64,000 bases of DNA from Eledone cirrhosa (taxonomy: Eukaryota), in contig OZ024740.1 in the NCBI GenBank assembly GCA_964016885.1, forward strand, positions 86,242,001 through 86,306,000. The letters run 5' to 3'. The notes below the pieces were generated by a model. It did not search any database, was not told the DNA's origin, and worked only from the letters and a program-made list of their open reading frames with translations. The translations under genes and the position numbers were made by a program. How positions within the stretch are numbered: the first letter of the stretch is position 1; each line of letters opens with the position of its first letter. Of the stretch, positions 24,671 to 39,171 are shown one piece after another.

Positions 24671-25366
24671 TTTAAATGTTGAAAATAATGGTTTGGTTAT
24701 TGGATTGGTCTGGAGGAGTTGGGTGTATTTGCAGTATAAATAATTTAAATATATAAAGAAAAGTTCATATAACGGGTAATAAGTTGTTGAATCCGCAAAG
24801 GAGACACACTTATAAGGGAGTGTTATTTCACGAAGAGCGTGAGAAACTATCCGGTGTTTAGAGCTAATAGAAATAGTAAATAAATGCATTTCAAATGATA
24901 CGCTTCCGTCTTAAGAAATGACACGTTAGATATTGTAGTTGTAATAATAGGATAGTCGTTGTTTTTGTTGTTGATGTTGTTACATTTCAGACCTTTGCAG
25001 GTTTTGCCAGACTCATATGAGGCAACATCTCATAGAAAAGTTATGGGGTGTTTAATGATAGAGAATCTAGTTCTATTACAGATTTGAACTTAGAATGCAT
25101 AGAGCTGGACCAGACACCACCATGCAGCCTGTCTAACGTTCTAACAATTAGGCCTAGCCAATCCACTGCCCTTTTCTGGTGTCTTATTTATCGACTCCGA
25201 AAAGGTGAAAGACATAACCAATGAGGAACGACTTATGTTTCATCACCAAAACAGAGCGCTCTTTTTCATTTATTCAGTCTACTGAGTCTTCTCCTATAAT
25301 TTCAAGCGTTAAACTAATATATTTCTTCATTGTACTGTGTCGTTTGTTTTATTATTTCTGTTTACC

Positions 25367-25414
<48 letters not shown>

Positions 25415-26509
25415 TAAGAAGAGAGGTGGTTTCTCACATTCAACTGCATTTTTTTTGCATCACACATGTTATGTACATTTCAAAGGGATACAATGTCATT
25501 ATGTAACAGCTATCAAATGAGTTGGCATCAGGCAGGTGTTTAAATGTAAACAATGTCTTGTTTTTGTTTTTGGATGTTGATATGCCTGCCAGCCTGCCAT
25601 GGAAGGTTAGTTGATATTTCAGTTATTGCAGTATATATCTGCAACCGTTATACCACGTGATATTTTCTCCCTCTCGAAAATGTTTCACTTGAAGTGATCA
25701 GTTCAAGAATTTGTTCTTTCATTAAGGGGTCTATTGAAAAACCTATAGCCTCACGGGCCTGGTGCGCTTTAGTTGTACTTTAGTTGCATGTCAGTCGGCG
25801 AAACGTTTCGCTTCATTGAGTGCTTTGTGACTGCTTAAAAAAATTCGATTAGTATCTGCTATATTGCGGCTACAACTTCGATTATACCAATATTATTATT
25901 CTCCTAGCTTCATGTATTCGATTGACAACGTGTTAGTTAATTTTTGTTTATAAATGCTAGTTGAGGCTGTGAAAATCCTTTTCACACCCTGAATATACCC
26001 GCCAAAATTTCGGCCAACTTGACCTTTCTCTTTTGAGAAAGATTACTTGATGATGCAGGCAAATTTACTACTACGGTGGAACACCTCGATGTCTCCACAC
26101 CGAATCACGTTGGATAATACGGAATAAAGCCTGCCGATGAAGGGATTTCCAGTTCCATTGTGAAAATGCATATATGACTTGCATACACATTAAGCAACTC
26201 GCGGTGTAGCTTCCCGTGCTCCCAGAAATCTATGTACGATTTTTATCGATTTCTATCGATTCTAATTGACTCGAGATGATCCAGGTTAGTCTTCAACCTA
26301 TTTATATTTGTTGTTGTTGTTGTGGTATAAGTATGCCCACTAATTTTGGTCGCTTTTCTTGGTGTCACACTTTCTTAACTTTGTGTTTACACTGGACAAA
26401 AATATATGAATCTTTTGCTCCATTGAGTACTTTGTGTCCCCCCTCAAACAATTCAATTGGCATCTGCTATATTGCGACTGCAACTTCGATTCATATCCAA
26501 TATATATAT

Positions 26510-26511
<2 letters not shown>

Positions 26512-26600
<89 letters not shown>

Positions 26601-26618
26601 ATATGTATTTATTCATTA

Positions 26619-26664
<46 letters not shown>

Positions 26665-26695
26665 TTAGAGAGAGAGAGAGAGAGAGAGCTAGAGT

Positions 26696-26760
<65 letters not shown>
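26512..26760. repeat. Compound (TG)n/(TA)n/(AG)n microsatellite
   Basis: Direct reading. Similar dinucleotide blocks at 27350-27540, 27730-27832, 35147-35280, 45948-46042, 46875-47198, 53025-53130, 54323-54512 and 56574-57660. Confidence 0.97.
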
Positions 26761-26766
<6 letters not shown>

Positions 26767-27417
26767 GGATACAAAGATATAGACACATATATTCATATAT
26801 ATGTATCTGTGCTTGAGTGTGTGTGTGTTTGTGTGGCTGCCTGCATGTAAGATATAAATTATGTGCGTAAACAGAAATAGGAAAGAGAAGCCTGGAGTAA
26901 TCTAAGAAACTTGTTGAATGTAAATATATAACCATCCACGTAAATACCATTTCCTGCTAATCATACTCTCCCGTTTTCACTGTACATCTGTTCCTCTACA
27001 TCTATCTCTCTCCTTCTCTTCTTTCTCTCTTTCTCTCTCTCTCTCTTTCCACCACATTCTCCCTCACCCTCTTAAATATCAGAGTGTTGCAGATTTACTG
27101 ACTTAAACAGAGTAATTTAATTCGCCTTTCCCCGTTCATCATATTTCTTCCTAAGCCAATCACAGAACGTTATCAACTTCGGTCACCATTTATACATAAG
27201 AACCTACATGTATCTGAGTATGTGCTTGTGTATTTGCATATTCACACACACTCAAAAGTACACGGGCACACGCACACACACCCACACCCATAATAGAATG
27301 GATATGTCTGGGTATGTACATACATACATATATGTTAATACACACACACCCACACATATATATATATAGATATATATATGTATGTATATAAATATAAATA
27401 AATAAATAAATAAATAA

Positions 27418-27509
<92 letters not shown>

Positions 27510-27726
27510 ATAAATATAAATAAATAAATATATATATATAGATCAGAGCAAACATCACGAACACTCTATCTCAAAATTATTTTTGAAAAGCATTTAGAAA
27601 TGCGCAACCGGTAAAAACTTAAAACCAAAACTGAATACTAACCAATGCAATCACTAATACTCTTTTATTCCTAATTAAACTATTTTTCAACTGTGAACAA
27701 TTTGTCAGCATTTTCTATTCCGTTTA

Positions 27727-27835
<109 letters not shown>

Positions 27836-28189
27836 CGCAAATCACGCATGCCCTTGCATATTTGTGTTCTGTTTACTTGGTTGTTTTGTTTGTTTTACCT
27901 ATTCCGGCTTAGGTCATGCTGGAGTACAACCTTCAATATTGTTCGTTGTAGTGTGTGTGTGTATGTATGTGTGTGTATGTATGTATGTGTGTGTGTATGT
28001 GTGTGTGTGTACATCTGTGTCTGTTTAAGTCAACAAATATAAATAGCACGCTAATATGGTCGTTGTATAGTGTAAGTAGTTCGTATATACATGTGTCTCT
28101 TTTACCGTGTGCATCAGTGTATATGTATAGTTGTGTAAGTGCGTGTGTGTGTATGTGTGTGTGTGTGTGCTTGTGAATACACGTCATGA

Positions 28190-28420
28190 GCACCCACTTA
28201 GTGTGTTTCTCAGTGTTAAACAGCGAGTTTATGTCATCGACAGAGACATTGTGAAAGAGCCAAGCTGTCAAAGTTTAGAATCACTAATGGTGACAGGTCG
28301 CCAACGATGGAGTGGTCATGTAATCAAAATAGTTGACAGCAGAATTCCGAAAACGTTGATATATTGCGAGATTTCCGGCAGCCGAATGCCAAGTCATACA
28401 CAGAAAATGCAATTTAAAAA
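28190..28420 (+). mobile_element. RTE/BovB-like LINE 3' fragment
   Basis: SLESLMVTGRQRWSGHVIKIVDSRIPKTLIY resembles the RTE C-terminal RWAGHV..M...R.PK motif. Confidence 0.65.
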
Positions 28421-28509
28421 GCACTTTATTATTATTGTTGTATGTTTTTTGATGTTATTGATATTATTATTATTATTATTATTGTTGTTGTTGTTGTTGT
28501 TGTCGTTGT

Positions 28510-28540
<31 letters not shown>

Positions 28541-28597
28541 CTTCTTCTTCTTCTTCTTCTTCTTCTTCTTCTTCTTCTTGTTTTACTCGATTTTTGT

Positions 28598-28685
28598 GTA
28601 AAACCCCAACTGTCCCCGTCTACTGTATTGTCCCCTATATGTTCGGCCCTTGTGGCCAATAATAAATAAATTATTATTATTATTG
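28598..28685 (+). mobile_element. Short 3' terminus of a Tx1 copy-3-type element in a trinucleotide tract
   Basis: AACCCC.ACTGTCCC..TGTATTGTCCCT..GGCCCTTGTGGCCAATAA..(ATT)n matches the reverse complement of 16915-16980. Confidence 0.8.
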
Positions 28686-28688
28686 TCG

Positions 28689-28747
<59 letters not shown>

Positions 28748-28890
28748 CTTGTTGTTCTTGTTATTCTTATTATTTGTTTTATTTTGGTAGTTGTTTTTGA
28801 AGGAATTATCTATAGCAATGTACAAAATTTAAAATCTACTGAACATCGTTTGTATGAAACAATATGTTGGTAGTATGCTGTCAAATATAA

Positions 28891-31080
28891 CACTGGTTTG
28901 CGATGTTTTCAAGGTCTAACATATAATACATGATTTTAGGCCAGTTTTTTGCACTGAATCCAAAAATCATGCTCATTTTACTCAATCAGATCAGGTTAAT
29001 GAAATATTTGCACATTAAAAATATCCTAAATTCCGATCTATTTGTAGGTGAATAAAACGCAATATTGAAAATATTAGACTGATTTATTCACAGAAGGCTT
29101 ACAAAATATTTTGAATAGATAGCAAGAAGAGTATATTGAACTAGGGAAGCTACTCATGGATGAATGGTCTCTTCAGCGACTTCCGTTTGTGCTGAGCAGA
29201 CTGCGCATCCCTCTTTAGGCACCAGCAGTAGTCGGCCAGAAAGTTGACATCCTATCGGCCTTGATCGCGTTCCTCCATAACACTGATATCTTGGTGAAAG
29301 CGCTCACCATGTTCTTCACTGAAGTCTCCACAATTCTCTGGAAAATAGTCCAGATGAGACCGGAGGAAGTGCATTTTCACTGACACGCGCGCACCAAGTT
29401 GGCGTAAATTCTCCATTAACTCATCAACCACCTTCTGATACTGGGAACTTCTGTGGTTGCCAAGGAAGTTTGCAATGACTGACTTAAGGGACAACCAGGC
29501 AGAGAGTTCAGCAGGATTCAGTGCATCATCAAAACTAGTATCCTTGATGAGTTCCCTTATTTGAGGACCATCAAATATACCTGCCTTAATTTTCTCCATG
29601 CTTTTTCGTTGAAACTTCTGATGGAGAAAAGCAAATCCTCCACCTTCCCTGTCCAATGCCTTTACAAAGTTCTTCATGAGACCGAGTTTGATGTGGAGGG
29701 TTGGAAGCAATATCTTGCTCGGTTCAACCAGAGGGTGGGACAAAACGATGTGTGATCCAGGTTTTAATCCTTGTCTTAATGGCCACTCTTGTCTGACATA
29801 ATGCTGGTCATCAGCACGGCTATCCCATAAGCACAGAAAACACGGATACTTTGTGTAACCACCTTAAAGTCCTAGGAGGAGTCCAACAACTTTAAGATCT
29901 CCACAGATCAACCATTTATGTTTCTGGTAGTTCAGAGCAGACTACAGACGTTCCATGCTTTTGTGGGATTCTTTCATTTCAACTGAGTGCCCAACAGGGA
30001 TCGATGAAAACTTGTTTCCGATATTCAGAAGAACTGCTTTGAGACTTCTGTTAGATGAGTCAATGAAAAGTCTCCATTCCATAGCATCATACTTCAGACC
30101 AAGTAATTCAATCAGGTCAGCAATATTGCTACAGTAGACCAGTGAAGATGCTTCATCAAACATGAAGAATTTTCTAAATTCTCTCTCGCGGTCCCGATAC
30201 CAATAGAATGTTCCTGGCACCAGTAGACGTTTCTCTCGAAGACAAGAACCCAGTAGCTGGGCAGACTCCTTCGAAAGGTTCAGGTCTCGTGTCAGGTCAT
30301 TGAGTTCGGCTTGGGTCAAAGGCACCGGTTGGTCGTCCTCTTCTGACCTGTATTCATCACACTTAGCTGTATCTTTCATGTCACTAAATTCGGAATCAGA
30401 ACTAGATTCCATGGTGACATTTGGCTCAGGAACAGGAAGATCGGGGCTATGGGGGACTGGCTTTATGGCAGAAGGAACATCAGGGTATTGAACATGGTGC
30501 TTGTTCTTGCGATTGATGCCTTTTAGATTTGTCATGCAAAAGTAGCAGTCGGTAACGTGATCTTTCCCTTCCCTCCACACCATTGGGACACCAAATGGCA
30601 TACTCTTCCTTTTCTTGTTCCTCCAATCCCGTAAGTTCTCTACACATGTTTTGCAGCAGATATGGGGAGCGAATAGCTTATCCTGGTCCCCTAGATTGAC
30701 TCCAAAGTAAGCGTGATATGCCTTCTTCACAAAATCCGTGATTTTTGCTTGACGGTCTGGAAGAACCACATGTCCGCAGATGTAACAGAACCTATTAGGA
30801 TGGTTTTTACACTTCCGATCCATTTTTCTAGACCTGAAAATAGAAATAAAAATAATTATTAAAGGTTACCCACGACCCGGTTTTGCAAAAGCAAAGCCCA
30901 TAAACGCTTGGATTGCGATATTTTAGAGAAATATGCCGGAAAAGAAATAGACTATATCTTAGAAACCAGACCTGACCCAGAAAAATAAACTGTATTTTTG
31001 AATTGAGCATGCAGAAAGGTTCCTAAATCATTTGGAAAACGCTTGACCTTTTTAAAAAAGTTTTGAAACGCAGACCAGTG
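28891..31080 (-). mobile_element. Chapaev3 (CMC superfamily) DNA transposon
   Basis: Termini CACTGGTTTGCG / CGCAGACCAGTG; TAA on both sides (28888-28890, 31081-31083), matching the TWA TSD; Chapa-type zinc-finger transposase inside. Confidence 0.85.
29150..30823 (-). pseudogene. Chapaev3 transposase with three in-frame stops
   Basis: FCYICG..CCKTC..W...DHVTDCYFC, FIDSS, GDLK, LHIKLGLMK, SEEHGERFHQD. Stops at 29942, about 29864 and 29252, with no frameshift. Confidence 0.85.
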
Positions 31081-31309
31081 TAATCAATTGTAGCATTTTC
31101 GCCACTTAGGGAAGTAGAAAATATTCGTGCTGCTGAGATGCTGCTTCAATGTCGCAGTTGGTCTTGCTTAATTGGTCCAAAATATTTCAAATACAGTTCT
31201 GTCGAGTCTTTTTTTTTTTCGTCCTTTCTTTTTGTCTACATTTCATTCTATCTATCTATCTATCTCTCTATCTCTATCTGTCTGTATATCTATCTGTCTA
31301 TTTCTTTAC

Positions 31310-31371
<62 letters not shown>

Positions 31372-31410
31372 TATATATATATAATATATATATATATATA
31401 TAATATATAT

Positions 31411-31465
<55 letters not shown>

Positions 31466-31481
31466 TATATATATATAATAT

Positions 31482-31531
<50 letters not shown>

Positions 31532-31653
31532 AATATAGACATAGAATATTCGAAAATATTCTGTATGTTTATAAGAAACATTTTGAAGACCTAATCGCTA
31601 TAGAATAGAATACGTCACGTATTACAATTAGATTCTCGATAAAAGCAAGGGAA

Positions 31654-31696
31654 GTAATCTACGCGTTTCATTCTTGTTAGAAATCTTCAGGACTAC
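31654..31696 (-). ncRNA. Type I hammerhead ribozyme (310-bp unit)
   Basis: Reverse complement of 32652-32694. Confidence 0.85.
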
Positions 31697-31963
31697 ATAT
31701 CCAGTGCTTTTATCGAGAATGACACAGCTAGAGACTTATAGAATACTTAGCTGTGTACAGGAACTAGTTTGAAAGAGCGGTTGCCGGTCCGGCAGAAATT
31801 AGAAATTGGAATAAATGCTCTGAAATAGCGATATATATGTGAATATAGACATAGAATATTCGAAAATATTCTGTATGTTTATAAGAAACATTTTGAAGAC
31901 CTAATCGCTATAGAATAGAATACGTCACGTATTACAATTAGATTCTCGATAAAAGCAAGGGAA

Positions 31964-32006
31964 GTAATCTACGCGTTTCATTCTTGTTAGAAATCTTCAG
32001 GACTAC
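31964..32006 (-). ncRNA. Type I hammerhead ribozyme (310-bp unit)
   Basis: Reverse complement of 32342-32384. Confidence 0.85.
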
Positions 32007-32341
32007 ATATCCAGTGCTTTTATCGAGAATGACACAGCTAGAGACTTATAGAATACTTAGCTGTGTACAGGAACTGGTTTGAAAGAGCGGTTGCCGGTCC
32101 GGCAGAAATTAGAAATTGGAATAAATGCTCTGAAATAGCGATATATATGTGAATATAGACATAGAATATTCGAAAATATTCTGTATGTTTATAAGAAACA
32201 TATATATCGCTATTTCAGAGCATTTATTCCAATTTCTAATTTCTGCCGGACCGGCAACCGCTCTTTCAAACCAGTTCCTGTACACAGCTAAGTATTCTAT
32301 AAGTCTCTAGCTGTGTCATTCTCGATAAAAGCACTGGATAT

Positions 32342-32384
32342 GTAGTCCTGAAGATTTCTAACAAGAATGAAACGCGTAGATTAC
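32342..32384 (+). ncRNA. Type I hammerhead ribozyme (310-bp unit)
   Basis: Stem I GUAGUC/GAUUAC, CUGAAGA, stem II UUCU-aaca-AGAA, GAAA, palindromic stem III ACGCGU, GUA cleavage after 32378. Outer 15-bp stem TTCTCGATAAAAGCA/TGCTTTTATCGAGAA. Confidence 0.87.
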
Positions 32385-32651
32385 TTCCCTTGCTTTTATC
32401 GAGAATCTAATTGTAATACGTGACGTATTCTATTCTATAGCGATTAGGTCTTCAAAATGTTTCTTATAAACATACAGAATATTTTCGAATATTCTATGTC
32501 TATATTCACATATATATCGCTATTTCAGAGCATTTATTCCAATTTCTAATTTCTGCCGGACCGGCAACCGCTCTTTCAAACTAGTTCCTGTACACAGCTA
32601 AGTATTCTATAAGTCTCTAGCTGTGTCATTCTCGATAAAAGCACTGGATAT

Positions 32652-32694
32652 GTAGTCCTGAAGATTTCTAACAAGAATGAAACGCGTAGATTAC
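32652..32694 (+). ncRNA. Type I hammerhead ribozyme (310-bp unit)
   Basis: Identical to 32342-32384, 310 nt downstream. Confidence 0.87.
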
Positions 32695-32847
32695 TTCCCT
32701 TGCTTTTATCGAGAATCTAATTGTAATACGTGACGTATTCTATTCTATAGCGATTAGGTCTTCAAAATGTTTCTTATAAACATACAGAATATTTTCGAAT
32801 ATTCTATGTCTATATTCACATATATATCGCTATTTCAGAGCATTTAT

Positions 32848-32977
<130 letters not shown>

Positions 32978-32985
32978 ATATATAT

Positions 32986-33452
<467 letters not shown>

Positions 33453-33460
33453 TATATATA

Positions 33461-33626
33461 TAACGAAGGAGGTGTAGTAAGGAACCAGATGGACCATAAC
33501 GCACCAGAGTAGTCAATACTTAGGGTAGTAGAGTGGGTAATAGGAAAATGTGTGACCCTGACGGCAGAGCTCGAGCCGTTTCGACGGCTATATCTGTCCA
33601 GAAATAGCCGTCGGGGTCACACATTT

Positions 33627-33663
<37 letters not shown>

Positions 33664-33844
33664 CGAAGGAAGTGTGGTAAGGAACCAGATGGACCATAAC
33701 GCACCAGAGTACTCAATAATTAGGGTAGTAGGGTGGGTAATAGGAAAAAGTACAAGACCTCGACGGCAGAGCCCAAGCCGTTTCGACTGCGTCCAGAAAT
33801 AGTCGTCGAAACGGCTTGAGCTCTGTCATCGGAGTCTTGTACTT

Positions 33845-33850
<6 letters not shown>
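33461..33850 (-). mobile_element. Two short pLTR-like ends with hammerhead 3' halves and fold-back inversions
   Basis: Copies 33461-33630 and 33661-33850. The minus strand reads GAAAC-GGC..GCC-GUC. Related copies at 47198-47310 and 54198-54322, all abutting (TA)n. Confidence 0.7.
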
Positions 33851-33907
<57 letters not shown>

Positions 33908-33941
33908 TAACAAATGGAAACTATATTTATAAAACCATATT

Positions 33942-34007
33942 TATTTTATTATACAGATTTTAAGGGCCACCAAGGCAAATTATGGTGCGCTGTCATCAGA
34001 TAAAATA
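33942..34007 (-). ncRNA. Degenerate type I hammerhead (GAAA changed to AAAA) near the 3' end of a probable PLE remnant (about 33901-35140)
   Basis: Stem I UAUUUUAU/AUAAAAUA, CUGAUGA, stem II CACCA/UGGUG, AUA site; 40 nt from (TA)n. Confidence 0.6.
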
Positions 34008-34576
34008 TAATACGGACTAGTTTTATAAATAAATATTGACATACCCTGAAAAAATGCAACCTTAACGGTTGGAGCTTCCTGGATAGTGGAGATATTAGAT
34101 TTATTGTTATGATTTAGTATGCAAATTAGTGTCGGGAAGGTTTAAATAACAGTATATTTAAATTAAACCGTTGGAAGAGTGAAAAAAGAAAGAGAAGAAA
34201 AAAAAGAAAGAGAAAAATAATTTTTTGCCAGGGGAGAGAGTAAACGTGACAATATTTAAGTGAGAGAGAATATTAGTTATAAGGCCAATTATAGCGTAAT
34301 TTTGTTTACGTGAGAGGAGAGAAGAAGCGAAGAAAGGAATATAGCGTGGATGAATAATAGCAGGATTCATTATAATGATAGGTTTAAAAAATGTTATCTA
34401 AGGTTTAATTAATAAATTTGATTAAATGTTTAATTAATAATTTAATAGTTTAATTATTAGTTTAAATGTGTATGTTAGATTTTTAAAAAAATAAAAAAAT
34501 AAAAACTATTTTATATTATTAAAAAATATATTATTATTATAAAAACATATATATTATTATTATAAAATAAAGTCGA

Positions 34577-34655
34577 TATCGGGGTCGATAAAATAAAGTA
34601 CCAGTAATGCACTGGGTAATTGCTGGCCTTGTACCTAAAGTAGAAACAATTATTA
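34577..34655 (+). mobile_element. SINE 3' half
   Basis: GGGGTCGATAAAATAAAGTACC..CCTTGTACCTAAAGTAGAAACAATT, flanked by ATTATTATAAAATA repeats. Confidence 0.85.
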
Positions 34656-35149
34656 TAAAATATATATTATCATTAATTATTAATTATTAAAAAAAATTGT
34701 AGGTTAAAAGTATCCAAATAATTCTAAACCCATGGAAATTCCGAGAGTTTACAGAAGAATAACCCCTTATTTGTATTATAATAACAGTCCAGCATAAAGG
34801 AAGTTATTAGTGATTTATTAATAACTCAGATGATTCTAAGGATTAAATGCTATGAGGTTAAGAATTTAAAAAGTTAAATTTTCTATCCTAAGAATGTAAT
34901 TAGAATATGAATGTTATGTTATTCTGTACTAAGTCATAAATTTATAAATTCATAAATTTGGATGGCCGTGCCTCTTATGAGTTCTTCCACCCTTTATCAG
35001 GTTTTGTTTTTTGTCCTGCAGGGTGTCCAAAATCACCCTCCTCACCAAGTAAACTTGGTGTGGTTTCCGGTTTAGTCGCCGACGACCCGACGGTGCGACA
35101 GGTTGTATTGAGTCACATGTTACCAGTAGCACTCGACAGTGACCCGATA

Positions 35150-35251
<102 letters not shown>

Positions 35252-35881
35252 TGTGTGTGTGTGTGCATGTGTGTGTGTGTTTGTCTGTCTTCCCGTCTAT
35301 CTATCTATTTGTCTATTTATTTATTTTCTCTTTCTTTCCTGTATGGATCGAAAGGCAAGTGACTGTCACGTAATAACTGATCTACACACAAAAAAACAAA
35401 AACAAAGAATAAACAAAAAACCCAAAACAGTCAACAGAGTAAATATGGTGGCAGAAGATGAGTATAACTAAGATGATTACAATTTAGCTTAAGAACTAAA
35501 GAACATTGGATTGAGTGATCATTGATACACTATTCCTTGAAGAAAATGTTGGATTGTCATAGCTGGAATAGTTTTGTAATAATATATGCTTCTAGTTTAT
35601 TGACTTTCAGTTAAATAACAGTGACAACAAGCAGTATGATTTAGAAAAAGCAATTTAACAATGAATATAGATATATAAATAAATGCATTGTCTTGTTGAA
35701 GAGAGAGACGGTTTATTATAGCCAGTCAGAATGTTTTCTTTAAATTCCAATGTCAAAAGAAGACATTTCTGTATATCATTTGATGGGAATTAATAGATTT
35801 CCTTGTCGAAAATGTGGTGCAAATGACACAACGGCGAAAAAAAAGTTATAATGGTATGCACAAAAGAAATATTTTCTATAT

Positions 35882-36065
35882 AATTGTTTCTACTTTTGGC
35901 ACAAGGCCAGCAATTATCCCAGTGCATTACTGGTACTTTATTTTATCGACCCCGTAAGGATGAACGGCAAAGTTAACCTCGGCGAACTCAGATCATAAAG
36001 GGCCGTAACTATGCGGCAAAGCATGGCGTCCGACCCTCTACATATACTGCCAATACACCGCCCTT
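35882..36065 (-). mobile_element. tRNA-SINE, near full length
   Basis: Same head, core and tail as the other copies. Confidence 0.88.
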
Positions 36066-36419
36066 ACGCCAATAATGGCGAATTATTTATTCTTATCTAT
36101 ATTATTAAAACAGAGAATGTCTGTTTGTCTATCTGTCTGTCCAATCACTAAAACTCGACAACCACCCAACCGAGTTTTTGCAAACTTTACACATGTAATA
36201 CTTATGGTCCCGTGAGTGTATTGAGTAAAAAAATGTCAAATTTTCAATGCCCTAGGGACCGTATTAGGCGATTTAGCTATCTCGCTCTATAATTCTTAGT
36301 CTTTCTCTTTTTAGATAGACACAGATATAACGTTGCACCCTTATAATATCTGTCTGTATGCCTGGCTGTCCACATTACGTCATTATGATGCGGTGTGTGT
36401 GTGTATATGTATATATATA

Positions 36420-36484
<65 letters not shown>

Positions 36485-36688
36485 TATTAAGGGTACTATT
36501 TATGGTTATGTATGTAATAAAACCTTTAATGGTAATATATTATATATACAAACCTTAAATAGTGAAAGATAGTCATTAATTACTATCCTATTACCAGTAA
36601 GATAAATAGCTCAATGTAATAACATCAGTTGTTTTACAGAACAGTTATATAGAGATTACAATAATCAGATATACCATAAATTACCAGC

Positions 36689-39171
36689 ATGCTGATCAAA
36701 GACCAACTCCATATGTCAACCAAGAACATACCTTTACCAACCAAAAATACATATGAAAAGTTGTTGATCAACAGTGTAAACTCCTTTATCAATAGAGTGA
36801 GATGGAGGACATTCCATTATGATAGAAACAAATCTGGCAAGGATAATAACACCAACAAATTTGACTCCTTCGGCTTTAAAACATTTAGAAGCCCCCCTCA
36901 TAACACACTACTAAACCACTTCGAAAACGACCTAATTAAACTAGTTAAAAACATTAAATACAAAAAACACCATAATAAAAACAACACCTTCTTAAACAAA
37001 CTTAGCACCTCTATTAATGACTTCAAAACTAGTAGTAAAATTTTTGTACATGCCGACAAAACTAATAACATATACAGCCTAGATTATAATACGTATAGAA
37101 AGTTTATATATAATGAATTACATAAAAGCTACAAGAAAACCACTATGAAAAACTTGGAAGATATTAATATGGAAGGCTATAACATAGTATCCAAACTAGG
37201 GCTCCAGAGACATACACAACCTTACACCCCAAACCCCCCTAGATTCTCTCTGAAGGACCATAAGGTAGACTTCATTAGCAACCCCTCGATTAGACTAATC
37301 TGCCCCTCCAGGTCTGACATTGGCATTATCAGTAAAAAAATTCTAGACAAAATCATCCCACAGATTAAACACAAGATTTACCTTAAACAATGGAGAAATA
37401 CGGGTGAAGTGATTGAATGGTTCAAAAATATCATAGATAACAAGGATAAAAAATTTATTCAATTTGATATCAACTCTTACTACACCTCTATTTCCCCTAT
37501 CCTACTAAATAAGGCACTTATAATGGCCATGGACAATAGTGACTTGACTAGACCCCAGATTGATGTCATACTTGCGGCCCGTAAAACAATAATCACCTTT
37601 GAAGACCAATTATGGACCCGCAAGGATACGCAAAAAAACTTCGACATTACTATGGGGTCTAGTGAGTCGGCGCAGGTCACTGATTTAGTTGGCCTATACT
37701 TACTTAACCAAATCCACAGGAACTTCCGTACCTCAGCGGTGGTTTGTATCGCGACGATGCACTTCTACTTATAGACTATAAAAAATTCAATATAGAAAGG
37801 ACTAGAAAACTATTGCACAAAACATTCAAAAACTTTAACCTTAGTATTACCATGGACAAAAACACCAAAAACGTCAACTTCCTAGACGCCACACTCTACC
37901 TAGACTCAATGATATATGCACCTTTCCACAAACATAATGAAAAACTCATCTACGTAGATACCAAGTCTAACCACCCTAAATCTATATTGAACTCTATCTC
38001 TAAGGGAGTATCTAATAGAATCTCTAATCTATCCTATGACATAAACACATTTAACAATAACTCTCAGTATTATAATCAGGCATTAGCTAGATCAGGCCAT
38101 AATACAGGGATAGAGTTCCTACCTACAAAAACACATAGCTACAGCATCATTTCACACAACATGTCCATGGGAAAATTTAACAATAGGAATAGCAACTGCA
38201 CACACACTAATAGGGATTGTAACAACAAAAGTAACCCGCACCACAGAAATGACCATAGGAACATTAAAGGAAACAAATCACCAGACATAAAAAACAGAAA
38301 TAGAAGAAGAAATAATACATTTTTCAACCCTCCTTTCAATTTAAACGTCTCCACCAACCTACCTAGGGCTTTCTTCTCACTACTAGATAAACACTTCCCA
38401 TCCGGCCACAGGTACCACGGCCTTTTAAACAAAAACACTATTAAGATCTCTTACTCTACTACGCCTAACTTAGCATACCACATAGCTAGTACAAATAAAA
38501 GAAAAATTAATTCTTACTTCCAACAAACTAAATCACAACAGTCGATAAACCTTCAAAATAACATTCAAAATAACAGTCAAAGTAACATTATAGCAAATAA
38601 CCGTAATATCAATGGAAATAATAGTAATAGCACTAGTGTAAACATTAACGCCGCGTACCACAACCCGCATAACCATAACCCTATAGCTAACATCCAAACT
38701 TCTACACAGCATAGTAACCGGCAGACTAGCACAAAGAGTAATTGTAACTGTAGATCAAGTAGAACCTGCCCTTTAGATAAAAAATGCTTAACCAAGGATA
38801 TCATATACTCATGTACAGTCACAACTAACAACTCTTCTGAAACCTATATAGGCTCTACTTCTAACTGCTTCAAAACTAGATACAATTCGCACCTCCACTC
38901 CTTCAAAAAACACAGTCTAGCCAACTCCACTTCACTATCTAGCTACATACACTATCTAAAAACTAAAAATAAAATATATACACTTAAATGGGAAGTGGTA
39001 GGTAGTGCAACATCGTACAAACCACCTAATAAATTTTGTAACCTCTGTCTACTAGAGACCCATACTATCATCTTCTCTAAACATAATCTCCTTAATAAAA
39101 AATCAGAAGTGTTCGCAACTTGCCAACACCGCTTCCGACACTCGTTCCAAAACTTTAAACCCTATATATAA
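36689..39171 (+). pseudogene. PLE RT + GIY-YIG endonuclease, single frameshift near 37730
   Basis: ADKTNN, KDHK..F...P.IRLI, QFDINSYYTSI, TMGS, LYRDD, FLD, SNHP; CNC.....CPL, IIY..YIGST..FKTRY..H, LKW, CNLCLLE. Confidence 0.9.

Noticed and set aside
26128-26245. CCGATGA..GAAA hammerhead-like motif
   Set aside because: No convincing stem I or III.
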